From NCBI GenBank assembly GCA_030704615.1, contig CM060733.1:17856001-17920000 (forward strand): 64,000 nt of DNA, given 5' to 3'. Below are positions 14,057 through 26,400 of the stretch, piece after piece. The translations under genes were made by a program, and so were the position numbers. Under the pieces are notes generated by a model, which saw only the letters and a list, made by a program, of their open reading frames with translations, made no database searches and was not told where the DNA came from. This stretch comes from Takakia lepidozioides (lineage: Eukaryota > Plantae > Bryophyta). The number at the start of each line of letters is the position of its first letter. Position 1 is the stretch's first letter.

Positions 14057-14329
14057 ACTATCTTCTTGAAATTGGGACAAACAACATGGGGATAAATCTT
14101 GCTCTTCAGAGCAGTTCTTTTCAGTTTGTGAAATAGGATACACCAGTGGGACAGGACTGAAGCCAGGACAATGTCAGCCTAAAAACCCCTTTTTGATATA
14201 CTCTAATGTCTTAATATAACTGACAAGTTGGGACCTAAAAGCAATTCTGTACATGGGGCAGAGTTGATACAAAGTCTCCAGAATGGTGGTGTTTGAAAAC
14301 ACCATTTGGTAATAAAGTTTCAAGCCAGA

Positions 14330-15017
14330 TCACTCTGGAGATCCAGCTTTCACAGGTTTGCCTGAACCACCAGTCTTCTTTGGTAACAAGACTGTGTGGA
14401 TGTTGGGAAGCACACCTCCATTGGCAATTGTCACCTGTCCCAGCAGCCTACTCAGCTCTTCGTCATTTCTCACTGCAAGCTGAATGTGACGGGGCACAAT
14501 CCTGGTCTTCTTGTTATCCCTTGATGCATTCCCAGCCAGCTCCAAAACCTAATTTGAAGAAACCCAACCAGCTGAAATTAGTCCAGCTGCCAGAGAGCCA
14601 TCTCACCAAAGACACTCATACACCTTACAAAGGAAAGAGAATGTGTCTTAGAAAAGAGGAAAAATTTACTTTTGACATCAATCATGTGTGCAATCTTTAC
14701 TCTCAAGCATACCCTGTTTCAGCCACTCCTCACAAATCACTTGACAAGTGCATAGCAATCCATGACTCAAAAATCCGTTTCTTCTCATGACTATGCCTTA
14801 ACACTCTATCACAAAGCAGCTAAAAGACAAAGCAATTCACCTCAGCAGCAAGGTACTCCAGCACAGCAGCAAGGTACACGGGGGCTCCGGCACCAACTCT
14901 CGTGGCATACTTGCCAGCCTTTAGGAATCGGGCAATCCTTCCCACCGGAAACTGAAGGCCCGCCTTGGTGGACCTGGATACAGCCTTCTTTCCCGAACTC
15001 TTTCCTCTCCCGGACAT
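14330..15017 (-). CDS. H2A: Histone H2A, canonical-type, 131 aa; exons 15017-14841 and 14548-14330
   Basis: [46 protein letters not shown]|[32 protein letters not shown]; intron at the conserved plant H2A position. Confidence 0.97.
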
Positions 15018-15239
15018 GATTACTCGAGCTCACGGAACAAGAAAAACTGAGATGAATACGAAGACACGAGAATGCGCTCCGAAAAATCTCACAGCGGATA
15101 GCACTCTCAAACAGGAAGCTGAAGTTGCACAACCCGAAGCTCTGAAAGAACAAGCGATAGAAGCGCAATTTATACAGACCGCGAGAGAGCAAGGCAGGCA
15201 GCAATCAAGTCTCGGCACGCACAAGTGCCTCGGGGAGCT

Positions 15240-15345
15240 AACCCCTTTTATATCGGCCATTTTGAACGCGCCACTCACCGCCTTTCACACGGATCGACCG
15301 CGAAGCTATATTGATCGTCGATCTCTCTATCGGACGGCTCAAATG
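15240..15345 (-). promoter_or_regulatory. Putative H2A core promoter: TATA box, octamer-like and CCGTCC motifs
   Basis: Minus strand GATATAAAAAG (~15245-15255), CACGGATC (one mismatch to histone Oct CGCGGATC) at ~15288, and CCGTCCGAT at ~15329-15337. Confidence 0.45.
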
Positions 15346-15519
15346 TCGGCGCCAGCGTCACTTTCAAATTTCCTACTAAGTTATGAAGAAGACTTTTTTG
15401 TCTTTCCTCTTTCCCATGCCAAGATACGGTTGCAATGAGTGCGGTTATTCCCCAATGATCCTGGGTTCAAATCCACGAACCGCAGACTTAACACAAATAG
15501 AAATAGAAATTTGAAGTGC

Positions 15520-18500
15520 CCATCTACAGGAACGAGAGAAGGAAAATGAATTTTTTTCGTGGAGGCCCATCTAGAGGAACGAGGGAAGGAAAGAGATTTT
15601 CTCCCCCGGAAGCCCATCTAGAGGAACGAGAGAAGGAAAAAGATTTCTTCCGTGAAGGGCCATGTAGAGGAACAAGAGAAGGAAAAAAACAAATCTGTGG
15701 AGGCCCATCTAGAGGGAGGAACAAAAGAAGGAAAAAGATTTCTTCCGTGAAGGGCCATGTAGAGGAACAAGAGAAGGAAAAAAAGAAATCCGTGGAGGCC
15801 CATCTAGAGGAACAAGAGAAGGAAAAAAAAAAATCCGTGGAGGCCCATCTAGAGGAACGAGAAAAGGAAAAAGATTTCTTCCGTGAAGGGCCATGTAGAG
15901 GAACAAGAGAAGGAAAAAAAGAAATCCGTGGAGGCCCATGTAGAGGAACAAGAGAAGGAAAAAAAAAAATCCGTGGAGGCCCATCTAGAGGAACGAGAGA
16001 AGGAAAAAGATTTCTTCCGTGAAGGGCCATGTAGAGGAACAAGAGAAGGAAAAAAAGAAATCCGTGGAGGCCCATCTAGAGGAACAAGAGAAGGAAAAAA
16101 AAAAATCCGTGGAGGCCCATCTAGAGGAACAAGAGAAGGAAAAAGATTTCTTCCGTGAAGGGCCATGTAGAGGAACAAGAGAAGGAAAAAAACAAATCTG
16201 TGGAGGCCCATCTAGAGGAACAAGAGAAGGAAAAAAACAAATCTGTGGAGGCCCATCTAGAGGAACAAGAGAAGGAAAAAAAAAATCCGTGGAGGCCCAT
16301 CTAGAGGAACAAGAGAAGGAAAAAAAAAATCCGTGGAGGCCCATCTAGAGGAACGAGGGAAGGAAAGAGATTTTCTCCCCCGGAGGGCCATGCAGAGGAA
16401 CGAGAGAAGGAAAAAGATTTGTTCCGTGAAGGGCCATCCAGAGGAACCAGAGAAGGAAAAAAACAAATCCGTGGAGGCCCATCTAGAGGAACAAGAGAAG
16501 GAAAAAAAAAAAAAACCCGTGGAGGCCCATCTAGAAGAACAAGAGAAGGAAAAAAAAAAACGGTGGAGGCCCATCTAGAGGAACGAGAGAAGGAAAAAGA
16601 TTTCCTCAATGAAGGCCCATGTAGAGGAACAAGAGAAGGAAAAAAACAAATCCGTGGAGGCCCATCTAGAGGAACAAGAGAAGGAAAAAAAAATCCGTGG
16701 AGGCCCATCTAAAGGAACGAGAGAAGGAAAAAGATTTCTTCAATGAAGGCCTATGTAGAGGAACAAGAGAAGGGGGGGAAAAAAATCCGTGGAGGCCCAT
16801 GTAGAGGAACGAGAGAAGGAAAAAACAAAAATCCATGCAGGCCCATCTAGAGGAACGAGAAAAGGGGAAAAAAAAAAGTCTGTGGAGGCCCATCTAGAAG
16901 AACGACAGAAGGAAAAAGATTTCTTCCGTGAGAGGAACCAGAGACGGGAAAAAAAAAAAAAAGACGTGGAGGCCCATCTAGAGGAACGAGAGAAGGAAAA
17001 AGATTTCTTCCGTGAATGCCCATGTAGAGGAACAAGAGAAGGAAAAAAAATATCCGTGGAGGCCCATCTAGAGGGAGGAACGAGAGAAGGAAAAAGATTT
17101 CTTCCATGAAGGCCCACGTAGAGGAACAAGAGAAGGGGAAAAAAAAATCCGTCGAGGCCCATCTAGAGGGAGGAACAAGAGAAGGAAAAAGATTTCTTCC
17201 ATGAAGGCCCACGTAGAGGAACAAGAGAAGGGGAAAAAAAAATCCGTCGAGACCAATCTAGAGGGAGGAACGAGAGAAGGAAAAAGATTTCTTCCGTGAA
17301 GGGCCACGTAGAGGAACAAGAGAAGGGAAAAACAAAATCCGTGGAGGCCCATCTAGAGGAACGAGAGAAGGAAAAAGATTTCTTCAATGAAGGCCCATGT
17401 AGAGGAACAAGAGAAGGAAAAAAACAAATCCGTGGAGGCCCATCTAGAGGAACAAGAGAAGGAAAAAAAAAAACCCATGGAGGCCCATCTAGAGGAACAA
17501 GAGAAGGAAAAAAAATCCGTGGAGGCCCATCTAGAGGAACGAGAGAAGGAAAAAGATTTCTTCAATGAAGGCCTATGTAGAGGAACAAGAGAAGGGGAAA
17601 AAAAAAAATCCGTGGAGGCCCATGTAGAGGAACGAGAGAAGGAAAAAACAAAAATCCATGCAGGCCCATCTAGAGGAACGAGAGAAGGAAAAAAAAAAAG
17701 TTTGTGGAGGCCCATCTAGAAGAACGACAGAAGGAAAAAGATTTCTTCCGTGAGAGGAACCAGAGACGGGAAAAAAAAAAAAAACGTGGAGGCCCATCTA
17801 GAGGAACGAGGGAAGGAAAAAGATTTCTTCCGTGAAGGCCCATGTAGAGGAACAAGAGAAGGAAAAAAAAAAATCCGTGGAGGCCCATCTAGAGGGAGGA
17901 ACGAGAGAAGGAAAAAGATTTCTTCCATGAAGGCCCACGTAGAGGAACAAGAGAAGGGGAAAAAAAAATCCGTCGAGGCCCATCTAGAGGGAGGAACGAG
18001 AGAAGGAAAAAGATTTCTTCCGTGAAGGCCCACGTAGAGGAACAAGAGAAGGGGAAAAAAAAATCCGTCGAGGCCCATCTAGAGGGAGGAACGAGAGAAG
18101 GAAAAAGATTTCTTCCGTGAAGGCCCACGTAGAGGAACAAGAGAAGGGAAAAACAAAATCCGTCGAGGCCCATCTAGAGGGAGGAACGAGAGAAGGAAAA
18201 AGATTTCTTCCGTAAAGGGCCATGTAGAGGAACAAGAGAAGGAAAAAAACAAATCCGTGGAGGCCCATCTAGAGGAACGAGAGAAGGAAAAAGATTTCTT
18301 CTGTGAAGGCCCATGTAGAGGAACCAGAGAAGGGAAAAAAAAAATCCGTGGAGGCCCATCTAGTAGAGGAACGAGAGAAGGAAAAAACAAAAGTCCGTGG
18401 AGGCCCATCTAGAGGAACGAGAGAAGGAAAAAGATTTCTTCCATGAAGGCCCATGTAGAGGAACCAGAGAAGGGAAAAAAAAAATCCGTGGAGGCCCATC

Positions 18501-19322
18501 TAGAGGAACGAGAGAAGGAAAAAGATTTCTTCCGTGAAGGCCCATGTAGAGGAACTAGAGAAGGGAAAAAAAAAAATCCGTGGAGGCCCATCTAGAGGAA
18601 CGAGAGAAGAAAAAAGATTTCTTCCGTGAAGGCCCATGTAGAGGAATAAGAGAAGGAAAGAAAAAAATTCCGTGGAGGCCCATCTAGAGGAATGAGAGAT
18701 GGAAAAATATATATTTTCCCTGGAGGCCAATCGAGAGGAACGAGAGAAGGAAAAAGATTTCTTCCGTGGAGGCCCATGGACAGGAACGAGAGAAGGAAAA
18801 AGATTTCTTCATTGGAGGCCCATCGACAGGAAAAGATTTCTTCCGTGGAGGCCCATGGACAGGAAAGAGAGAAGGAAAAAGATTTCTTCATTGGAGGCCC
18901 ATCGACAGGAAAAGATTTCTTCCGTGGAGGCCCATCGACAGGAAAGAGAGAAGGAAAAAGATTTCTTCCGTGGAGGCCCATGGACAGGAACGAGAGAAGG
19001 AAAAAGATTTCTTCATTGGAGGCCCATCGACAGGAAAAGATTTCTTCCGTGGAGGCCCATCGACAGGAAAGAGAGAAGGAAAAAGATTTCTTCATTGGAG
19101 GCCCATCGACAGGAAAAAATTTCTTCCGTGGAGGCCCATCGACAGGAAAGAGAGAAGGAAAAAGATTTCTTCCGTGGAGGCCCATGGACAGGAAAGAGAG
19201 AAGGAAAAAGATTTCTTCGTTGGAGGCCCATCGACAGGAACGAGAGAACGAAAAAGATTTCTTCATTGGAGGCCCATCGAGAGGAACGAGAGACAGAATA
19301 AGATTTCTTCCGTGGAGGCCCC
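15520..19322. repeat. Purine-rich tandem satellite, ~45-46 bp monomer with higher-order structure
   Basis: Alternating CCGTGGAGGCCCATCTAGAGGAACAAGAGAAGGAAAAA.. and GATTTCTTCCGTGAAGGCCCATGTAGAGG.. units; variant with TCGACAGG and ~29-bp short units after ~18720. Confidence 0.97.
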
Positions 19323-19639
19323 TTGCTCTTTGTGGGTTTTCTTTGCTTTTCTCAAGCGTTTCATTGTGACAGGGTTTGGTTTGTTGCTTTAACTTACTCT
19401 CATTCAAGAGGAGAATAGAATTGAAGTAAGCCGTGTCACGTGACTCGTTTGATGCATATGCAAATGGAAACATTTTTGAGATAACCATAGTGACCATGAA
19501 ATGCATTTGGATAACAATCAAACCAGAAAGAGATAGCGGAAGTCTATCGGCCGATCGGGGGAGCTCCATGATGGAACTCCGCATTTCTCGGTGAGGGCGT
19601 AAGGACTTGGTCGCTGTTGGCTCTCCCTCTCTATAGAGA

Positions 19640-22616
19640 TGAATGATCTTGATCATCTCTCTGTGACCTTCAGTTCTTCGTCTCTCTCAGGCTTAACCTG
19701 ACCCCATCGACTTTTCTTCGTATTCCTTTGCTCTCTTTGTTCCTATATCTCTTGTTCTTCATCCTTTCATCTCTCTACCATTTCTCCATTCTCCATTCCT
19801 TTTCCCTCGTTTGACGGAGTGGCTTCTCCGCATTTCATGCATCTGTCTGCAGATGTCTATTCGGCGGTATTGATTCTGAGCCACCTTCAACTTCACTCTC
19901 TGTCAGCTCTGGTCTGCGATGTTCACTCCTCCTCTGACGGATCAGATGGATTTTGCCGCCTTCCCGCCTTCCCTCTCCTCCCCATTCATTCTTCATCTTC
20001 TCACTTCTCTGCAGTTGCGGTCTCCTGTGTTCTGGCTCTTTCGTCTCAAGCATTGCTCTCCACCATCGCAGCTCGTTCTTTTTCTTCCCTTCGAAGATAT
20101 GGCCTCCTTTGTTTCTGCTGCCCCAACAGCTCCACCCCACCGTGGAGACCAACGCAGACTGCACCGGGACGCCCAAGACCACCGCCGAGAGCCGCGCAGA
20201 CAGCATCGGGACCCCCAAGCCCACCGCAATCAACGTGAATATGGTGACCTTCACTACAGACCCAAAGGAACCATCCCGGCAGCCAACTCGGGCTCTGGTG
20301 TTCTTGGAGCGGGACCTTCACTCAACTCTGCTACTGGCGATCCAGTCATGATCTGGAACGAGGACGCGGGGCAGGCAGACGATTCTCAGGAAATTTTGGA
20401 TCTAAACATGGACATTATTTAAGAACACTCTCAGCTCCTCTCTGAGCAAGGTGTGCTGGTGTTCTTCCCGGGCAGAATTTGTGACAGATATTGGGCCAGG
20501 AAGTGGGCCCTGTAACATCTTGGTGCAGAAGGCGGGCTCACCTCCCAATTCTGTCTCCCTCTCGGGCGAGGCTTCTTTTCAATCATGTTCTCTTCTTTGG
20601 CATTTGCAGAAAAATCCCTGCGCTTCAATGTCAACCGCTCCAAGCATAGAGCACACATCTTTCCATGGTCCCCTGAATGGGGTCACATTGATGGTGTCAC
20701 CCACAAGCCCAGGGTCCTTGCCTTACCCTTCCTGCCAGGGAACTGTCTCCGATCGCTGCCAGAGATCGGGGCTCACTTTGGAGCATATATCGGGTCCATG
20801 AATGTTGTGGAGCCTATTGAGCTGGAGCCTCTAAGCGTCAACACAGACCCTCTCTCGGTGGATATGTATTGTGACGGTGGAGTCCCTCAGATCGTTGTGA
20901 TGATGCCTGAATCGGCACTGATTAAATCGACCATTAAGTTGCCTACTCTACATAAGTCCTTTGTATCAGTTGTTTATTCTTTCAAGTTTTTCAATTGAAT
21001 CTCCTTCATGCTTCCCTTTTCTTTGCTGACCCCTTGTTTCCTAATGCTTCCTCTCACTTTGTCATGCGAAGCTCGGTGCGTCTCGTACAACCATCATTTC
21101 ATGACCCCGTCATGGGCTGCTCTGCCAGATCTCCATGACCCGGTCTCTTACTTCGTGGAATATAAGAGGCATTCGTTCGGACGCCTCCAAGCCTAAGAGA
21201 ACGAGAATTCAACGATGGGCTTCCTCCCTGTTATCCTCCAACGCAATAATTTTTTGCAAGAACACAAATTGGATGCCAATAAAATTGCAGCCCTTGGTAC
21301 GTCCATGTGGCCCTCTTCTTCCTCCTGGTGGAATCCGACAGTGGCGGATACTCGCAGAGGAACGGCTATCATTATTTCCTCATCTATAGCCTCATGTTTC
21401 CAGTCTGTGGATATCTGGCTCCAGGGGAGAGTCCAGTGTGCGATCACAAAACCTACTGCACAATTCGGGTCTTGTGCTTTCTTAAACATATATGCCCCCC
21501 AACATTGTTGCAGATCGCATAGACCTTTGGTGTCTAATTTGTGATAAGATTCTCTCCTTGCCATTGGTGACAAGCTGGGTCTTAGCTGGCGATTTTAACA
21601 TGCTAGATAATTCCTTGGACCGTTTGGACCCCAATGTTTTACCAATTTCTCCTGAAGAGGAAACGGCTTGGGACTCCCTATGTTTTTCTGTGGGTTTCTC
21701 AGATATCAGAAGTAAAGATCTCGGCTCTCTTCGTTTTACTTAGACCAACAATAGACCTCCCCCTGATTTATGCATGGCCAGACTCCGCCAGACTAGACAG
21801 GATTTATGCTTCGCTCTTGGCTCTTCCCTAGATTTCGTCGTCTGCCCAGCTCCCTATTCTCCTAGACTTTGATTACGCTCAGGTGTCTGCTACGTTTGCT
21901 CCCCCTGGTGTTTATGCGAAGGGGCGTAGTTACTTTGAATTAACTCGATGCCGTTGGCCTTTTCTCCCAATTTCAAGGAGTTGGTGGCAGCGTGGTCCAA
22001 TTGCAATTCGTCGGCCTCTTCACCGGCGTCCATGTTTATGATGAAGCTGGATGACCTTAGAAGAGCGGCCCAAAATATATCCAGGAAGTGGCCCTGGCTA
22101 GAGCTGCCAAGAAAAAAGCTCTTCTTAAGTGTATCTCCCATTGCCAGAGTCTGATTGAAGTAGGGTTAGTGGGCCCCCAAACATTTGCCTCCTTGACATT
22201 GGCAAAGAAAAACCTGGCAATTCTCAACGGCTTCAAGGAGCGTTCTCTCATAATCAAAGCTGGAGTTAATTGGTCCCTTAAGGGAGAAAAAATGTCGGCC
22301 TATTTCTTTCAAAAAATGAAGCAAAGTCAAGCTGCGACCTCTGTTTCTGCTCTTACATCCGTCGACGGACTCCCGATTTCAAATCCAAAACAAATGGCAA
22401 AATTTGCTGGTTCTTATTATGCCAACCTTTTCGGCCCTAGGAGTGGGGACTCGTCTGAGGCTAGACGTCTTGTTCTCGACATGATTCCAAACATCCTTTC
22501 TGATGAGGAATAGAAACGATTATCTGCCCCCTTCACGTCTAGGGAGTTGCTCCCTGTTGTTAGTCCCTCAGCCCTGACAAGACTCCAAGCTTGGATGGGC
22601 TCCCAGTGGAACTCTT
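19640..22616 (+). mobile_element. L1-type LINE, 5' part (ORF1 remnant plus APE endonuclease of ORF2), degenerate, split by the Gypsy insertion
   Basis: SWNIRG, FLQEHKL, RRGTAIII, LNIYAP, WVLAGDFN, SARLDRIY, GEKMSAYFF, KTPSLDGLPVEL; frameshifts and stops; 5' boundary approximate. Confidence 0.88.
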
Positions 22617-22701
22617 TGTCGTGCGCATACATATCCCTACACAACTACATCGCTGTCCAAACCACACCACACATATATGCACAATAAAGTAGTCTGCCAC
22701 A
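22617..22701 (-). repeat. Terminal repeat A, outer copy (85 bp)
   Basis: Matches 23043-23127 except for one base. Confidence 0.93.
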
Positions 22702-22702
22702 A

Positions 22703-23040
22703 TGATAAGAAAAGCTAAGAACACACTCTTAACACAAGAAACATGAAATCCATCTCATCATCACTCTTTCAGATAATAGTCGAGCCAGGGGCACCCCAAG
22801 CTATGGGGACTCCACCCCACAACAACCTATCCTCCTATCATAAGTATACTCAATTCTAGACGATGAAGGCTCAACTCGAGAGAGATGAGCTGCGCGACTG
22901 CCGCTCTCGTGAAGATAAGACGGTTCAGGTGTCAAACTAAACTTGACACCTGATTTAACACTTGACCTAAATCCAAGTGTTAAATACAAATAACTAGTTT
23001 TATTCTAGTTGTTTTCACACTGTGCTTATTTAACTTGACA
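22703..23040 (-). repeat. Terminal repeat B, 3' copy (338 bp)
   Basis: Matches 32589-32942 with four transitions and one 16-bp deletion; contains two adjacent stem-loops (CAGGTGTCAA..TTGACACCTG and TAACACTTG..CAAGTGTTA). Confidence 0.95.
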
Positions 23041-23042
23041 GC

Positions 23043-23127
23043 TGTCGTGCGCATACATATCGCTACACAACTACATCGCTGTCCAAACCACACCACACAT
23101 ATATGCACAATAAAGTAGTCTGCCACA
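23043..23127 (-). repeat. Terminal repeat A, inner copy (PPT-adjacent U3 start)
   Basis: On the minus strand it starts TGTGGCAG right after the PPT and is joined to B by the palindrome GACAGCTGTC (23037-23046). Confidence 0.93.
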
Positions 23128-23141
23128 ATCGCCCCCCTAGC
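23128..23141 (-). other. Polypurine tract
   Basis: Minus strand GCTAGGGGGGCGAT immediately before the TG of the 3' repeat. Confidence 0.8.
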
Positions 23142-23387
23142 TGGTGGATAGGTCCCTCTACCTCCAGATAGCTACAAGATGTAATAGCCACAGTCATACC
23201 AAGTCCTCTATCACTGTCCCTATTGCACTCAAACCCTATAGACCAAGAGGCCGGGTACAAGAGTAGCCCCATCGTTAGTCGCCGTCTTGCAATCTGTGAA
23301 CTTGAGCCAGGACCTCGTGTGTTCAAGGTCTCCTAGTAGCTGGGCCTTGTGTTTCTTGTTAGCCTTCCATGGTTGTATCCACTCCCA

Positions 23388-24968
23388 CTATCCAATGCAA
23401 TGTGGACATAACCAATCCCCATCCGGAACCATCTCAAGAGGTGGAGTCAAGCATCCCATATGCCAACCTCTAGAGCATCGATCACACACCAGCATGGTGG
23501 CTGCCCCTCTAGCAGACCCACACAACATGCACCTCAAACCTGCAGATACCACTGCCAAGTTTGGGTCTATCCTGCCATCGACATTCGGAAGGTGACATGG
23601 CGCACAATTACGCACATGGTCCTTCCAAGTTATGCCATCCCGACCCTCCAAGACCAAGACGCCTGAAGGCAAGACCTCTCGAACCCTCAAAATAACACGT
23701 CCTGCAGTCACATCCAAGGTCGTAGGAGCAGTTTGCTGCAGATAGACATAGTCACCAGGGTTGAATCTCCAAACCCCAGGATGATAGCCCCCACCATGTA
23801 TGGTAGCATACCTCAACGTATCACGGTGTTGTGCAATGGCAAGGTTCTCGAAAGCCATGGGCATGACTTTCTTGAACAACTTTGCACGCTGCTCACATGC
23901 ACGTGCCCACACGTCCGGATCGTCAAGGTTAAGAACTGTAGCAGCTTCTCTGCGAATGGATGTAGGCAAATCCGGCTCTCGGCCAAAGAGAAGAAAGTAT
24001 GGTGAGAAGGAGGCAAGTGATGCTTGCTTGCTGAACCTGTAGCCCATGGCTAACCAGGGTAACTGAAGGTCCCAATCTCCTAGGTGTCCCTTCTGCAAGC
24101 CATACTTGCGCAAACCCCTCTTTACTGTCTGAACAACTCTCTCTGCCAAGCCATCGGCCTCAGGATGATCCCGAGAAGTGGTGCGGTGGTCTATCAAGGC
24201 CTTGTCACACAAAGCCTGAAACTCCCCCAAGAACTCTCTCCCTTGGTCCGTGAGTACCTCAGCTGGAGCACCGAATCGGCTAAGCACACAATCCAAGAAT
24301 GCATACGCAGCTCCCTCACTAGCCTTATCAGGCAATGGAACCAATTCAATCCACTTGGAGAAGTGCTCCACCATCACCAACACGTACTTGTTGTGGCGCA
24401 TGGTCAGTGGCAACGGCCCTGCGAAGTCAAGACTCCACCTGTAGCCCAATCCCATGATCGGAAGAGGGTGCAATTGTGGAGTAGGGGCGTTGAATGAAGC
24501 ACGCACCCTGTCACACACCATGCACCTAGCCACAAATTGTTGCACCTCTGTGTGCATACCATGCCACCAATACTGCCCCTGCAGTAGACTATGAGTGCGT
24601 CGCACCCCAAAATGCCCCAACTCCTCATGGGCATGCCGCACTAACCGTGCCCGCTGTGTTGGGTGAGGCACAATCCTCACTCGACCATCCTCCCACACTC
24701 GGAGCAGGTGTGTCACGTCCCACTTGAATCTCTTGGCTCGTTGTAGGATCCGATCCCTCTCCTTGGCAGTCACAGTGGCTGCAGTGTCTCCAGTGCGGAG
24801 GTAGTCCAACACAACTGAATCCTCATGTATATCTTTTGCGCCACCTTGCTCCTTGTTGGCCTCAGGGTCCTCAGACACTTGATCTACAGTCATCCCTATT
24901 GCAGGTCCAACCTGGCTTTCCACTGCCAAGATACACAGAAATGCAGATGTATGCCATCCGGGCACCAT
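23388..24968 (-). CDS. Gypsy integrase (HHCC zinc finger, DDE core) with C-terminal PHD finger
   Basis: HEELGH..CMVC, WSLDFAGPLP, VLTDQGREF, DGLAERVVQTVK; CMLC..VCDRC..WHMGC..WLCPHC (C4HC3) at ~23397-23531. Confidence 0.93.
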   Translation of the reverse strand: MVPGWHTSAFLCILAVESQVGPAIGMTVDQVSEDPEANKEQGGAKDIHEDSVVLDYLRTGDTAATVTAKERDRILQRAKRFKWDVTHLLRVWEDGRVRIVPHPTQRARLVRHAHEELGHFGVRRTHSLLQGQYWWHGMHTEVQQFVARCMVCDRVRASFNAPTPQLHPLPIMGLGYRWSLDFAGPLPLTMRHNKYVLVMVEHFSKWIELVPLPDKASEGAAYAFLDCVLSRFGAPAEVLTDQGREFLGEFQALCDKALIDHRTTSRDHPEADGLAERVVQTVKRGLRKYGLQKGHLGDWDLQLPWLAMGYRFSKQASLASFSPYFLLFGREPDLPTSIRREAATVLNLDDPDVWARACEQRAKLFKKVMPMAFENLAIAQHRDTLRYATIHGGGYHPGVWRFNPGDYVYLQQTAPTTLDVTAGRVILRVREVLPSGVLVLEGRDGITWKDHVRNCAPCHLPNVDGRIDPNLAVVSAGLRCMLCGSARGAATMLVCDRCSRGWHMGCLTPPLEMVPDGDWLCPHCIG

Positions 24969-24989
24969 CTCCTTGTCCGTCTCACCATG

Positions 24990-26400
24990 CTACCGAGCTC
25001 CAGTGTCATCCTGCTGGCTCGTGCATGGATTGCGACTCAACCCATCTGCATTGCGATTGACCAAACCCGGTCGATGCACCACCTGAAAGTCATACTCTTG
25101 AAGGATGAGTGCCCACCGTGCAAGCTTCCCCGTAAGCTTGTCTGACTCCATCAACCACTTGAGTGGTTGGTGATCCGTGACAAAGGTGAAGAGATTGCCG
25201 TATAGATAGCACCTGAAGTGTGTCACGGCCCACACTGCAGCTAAGCATTCTCCCTCATATGAGCTATACTTAGACTCTGCAGCATTGTTCGAGCAGCTAG
25301 CATAAGCCACTACGAACTCTCTTCCCTCATCATCCACCTGTGTGAGCACCACTCCAAGCCCCAGCATGCTCCAATCTGTATGCAGCTGAAAATGACGCCC
25401 CCTGATAGGTCGTCTCAAGATGGGCGCCGAGGTCAACCTCGCCTTGAGCTCTTGAAAAACTTGTTCTTGTTCATCTTCCCACTGCCACTCCTGGTCCACC
25501 TTGGTCAACTTAGTTAGAGCCTTTGCAATGGCACTAAATCCCTTAACAAACCGTCTGTAATAGTTTGCTAACCCCATGAAAGCTCGAACTCGGCTCACAT
25601 CCGTGGGGCGTGAAACCTGTGCAATGGACTCTACCTTAGTCTGCTGTACCCCCAATCCTCCAGGATATATCATGTGACCCATCTGGTTGTGGAAAAACTT
25701 GCATTTTCCCGGATGTAACTTCAATCCGTGCGCCCTCAAGCACTCAAATACCCCCTGAAGGTGTCTCTCATGCTCCTCCACCGTAGCACTAAAGATGATG
25801 ATGTCATCTATGTAGCACCGAGCAAACTCCACCCCTGCTAGAATCCTGTCCATGACTCTTTGAAACTCAGCAGGAGCGTTTTTAAGCCCAAATGGTAAGA
25901 ACCGCCACTGGTATAGGCAATCCTTCCCGTGCTCATTGATCCCCCAGAATGCCGTCTTTTGCTTATCCGCCTCCTTGATCGGCAACTGGTGATATCCGGA
26001 TCGTAAATCCAACGTGCTAAGACCTTGGAATGCCCAATGGCATCAAAGATCTCCTCTGGTGTCGGCATGGCATACCTATCGGACTTGGTCTGACGATTTA
26101 CAGGCCGTAATCACCGCACATACGTCTCTCCGTCCAATTGCCATAGACATCCTTCTTGGCTGACATCACTGTGGCTGAAGCATACTCTCCACCAGAGAGC
26201 TTCACCAAACCTGCCTCCCAGAGATCTTGAGTCCTCATCTGAATCAAAGACCTCTCCATGTCACTGTATCTATAGGGTCTCCGAAAGATTGGCGTGTCAG
26301 TGGCCAACTCAATACGGATCTCTTGACCCTTCAGTGCTCCCAAGTCCTTCAAACTGAAGGCAAAGCAATTCCTGTAAGCCCTCAGGAACCGCCGTATACG
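24990..26400 (-). pseudogene. Gypsy reverse transcriptase-RNase H (two frameshifts, one in-frame TAG)
   Basis: PIFRRPYR, RRMCGDY, LDLRSGYHQ, LPFGLKNAP, YIDD (~25803-25814), LHTDWS, YEGECLA, VTDHQPL, NADGLSR. Confidence 0.95.

Noticed and set aside
15520-19322. CRISPR-like appearance of the regular repeats
   Set aside because: No unique spacers, no cas genes, eukaryotic context.
15516-19656. Dozens of long overlapping ORFs (EEQEKEKK / FFFPSLVPL repeats)
   Set aside because: By-products of a stop-poor satellite; frames shift with A-run length and no domain is recognisable.
22612-22616. 5-bp TSD for the Gypsy element
   Set aside because: CTCTT vs TCTTC do not match; only the 4-bp TCTT restores the LINE frame.
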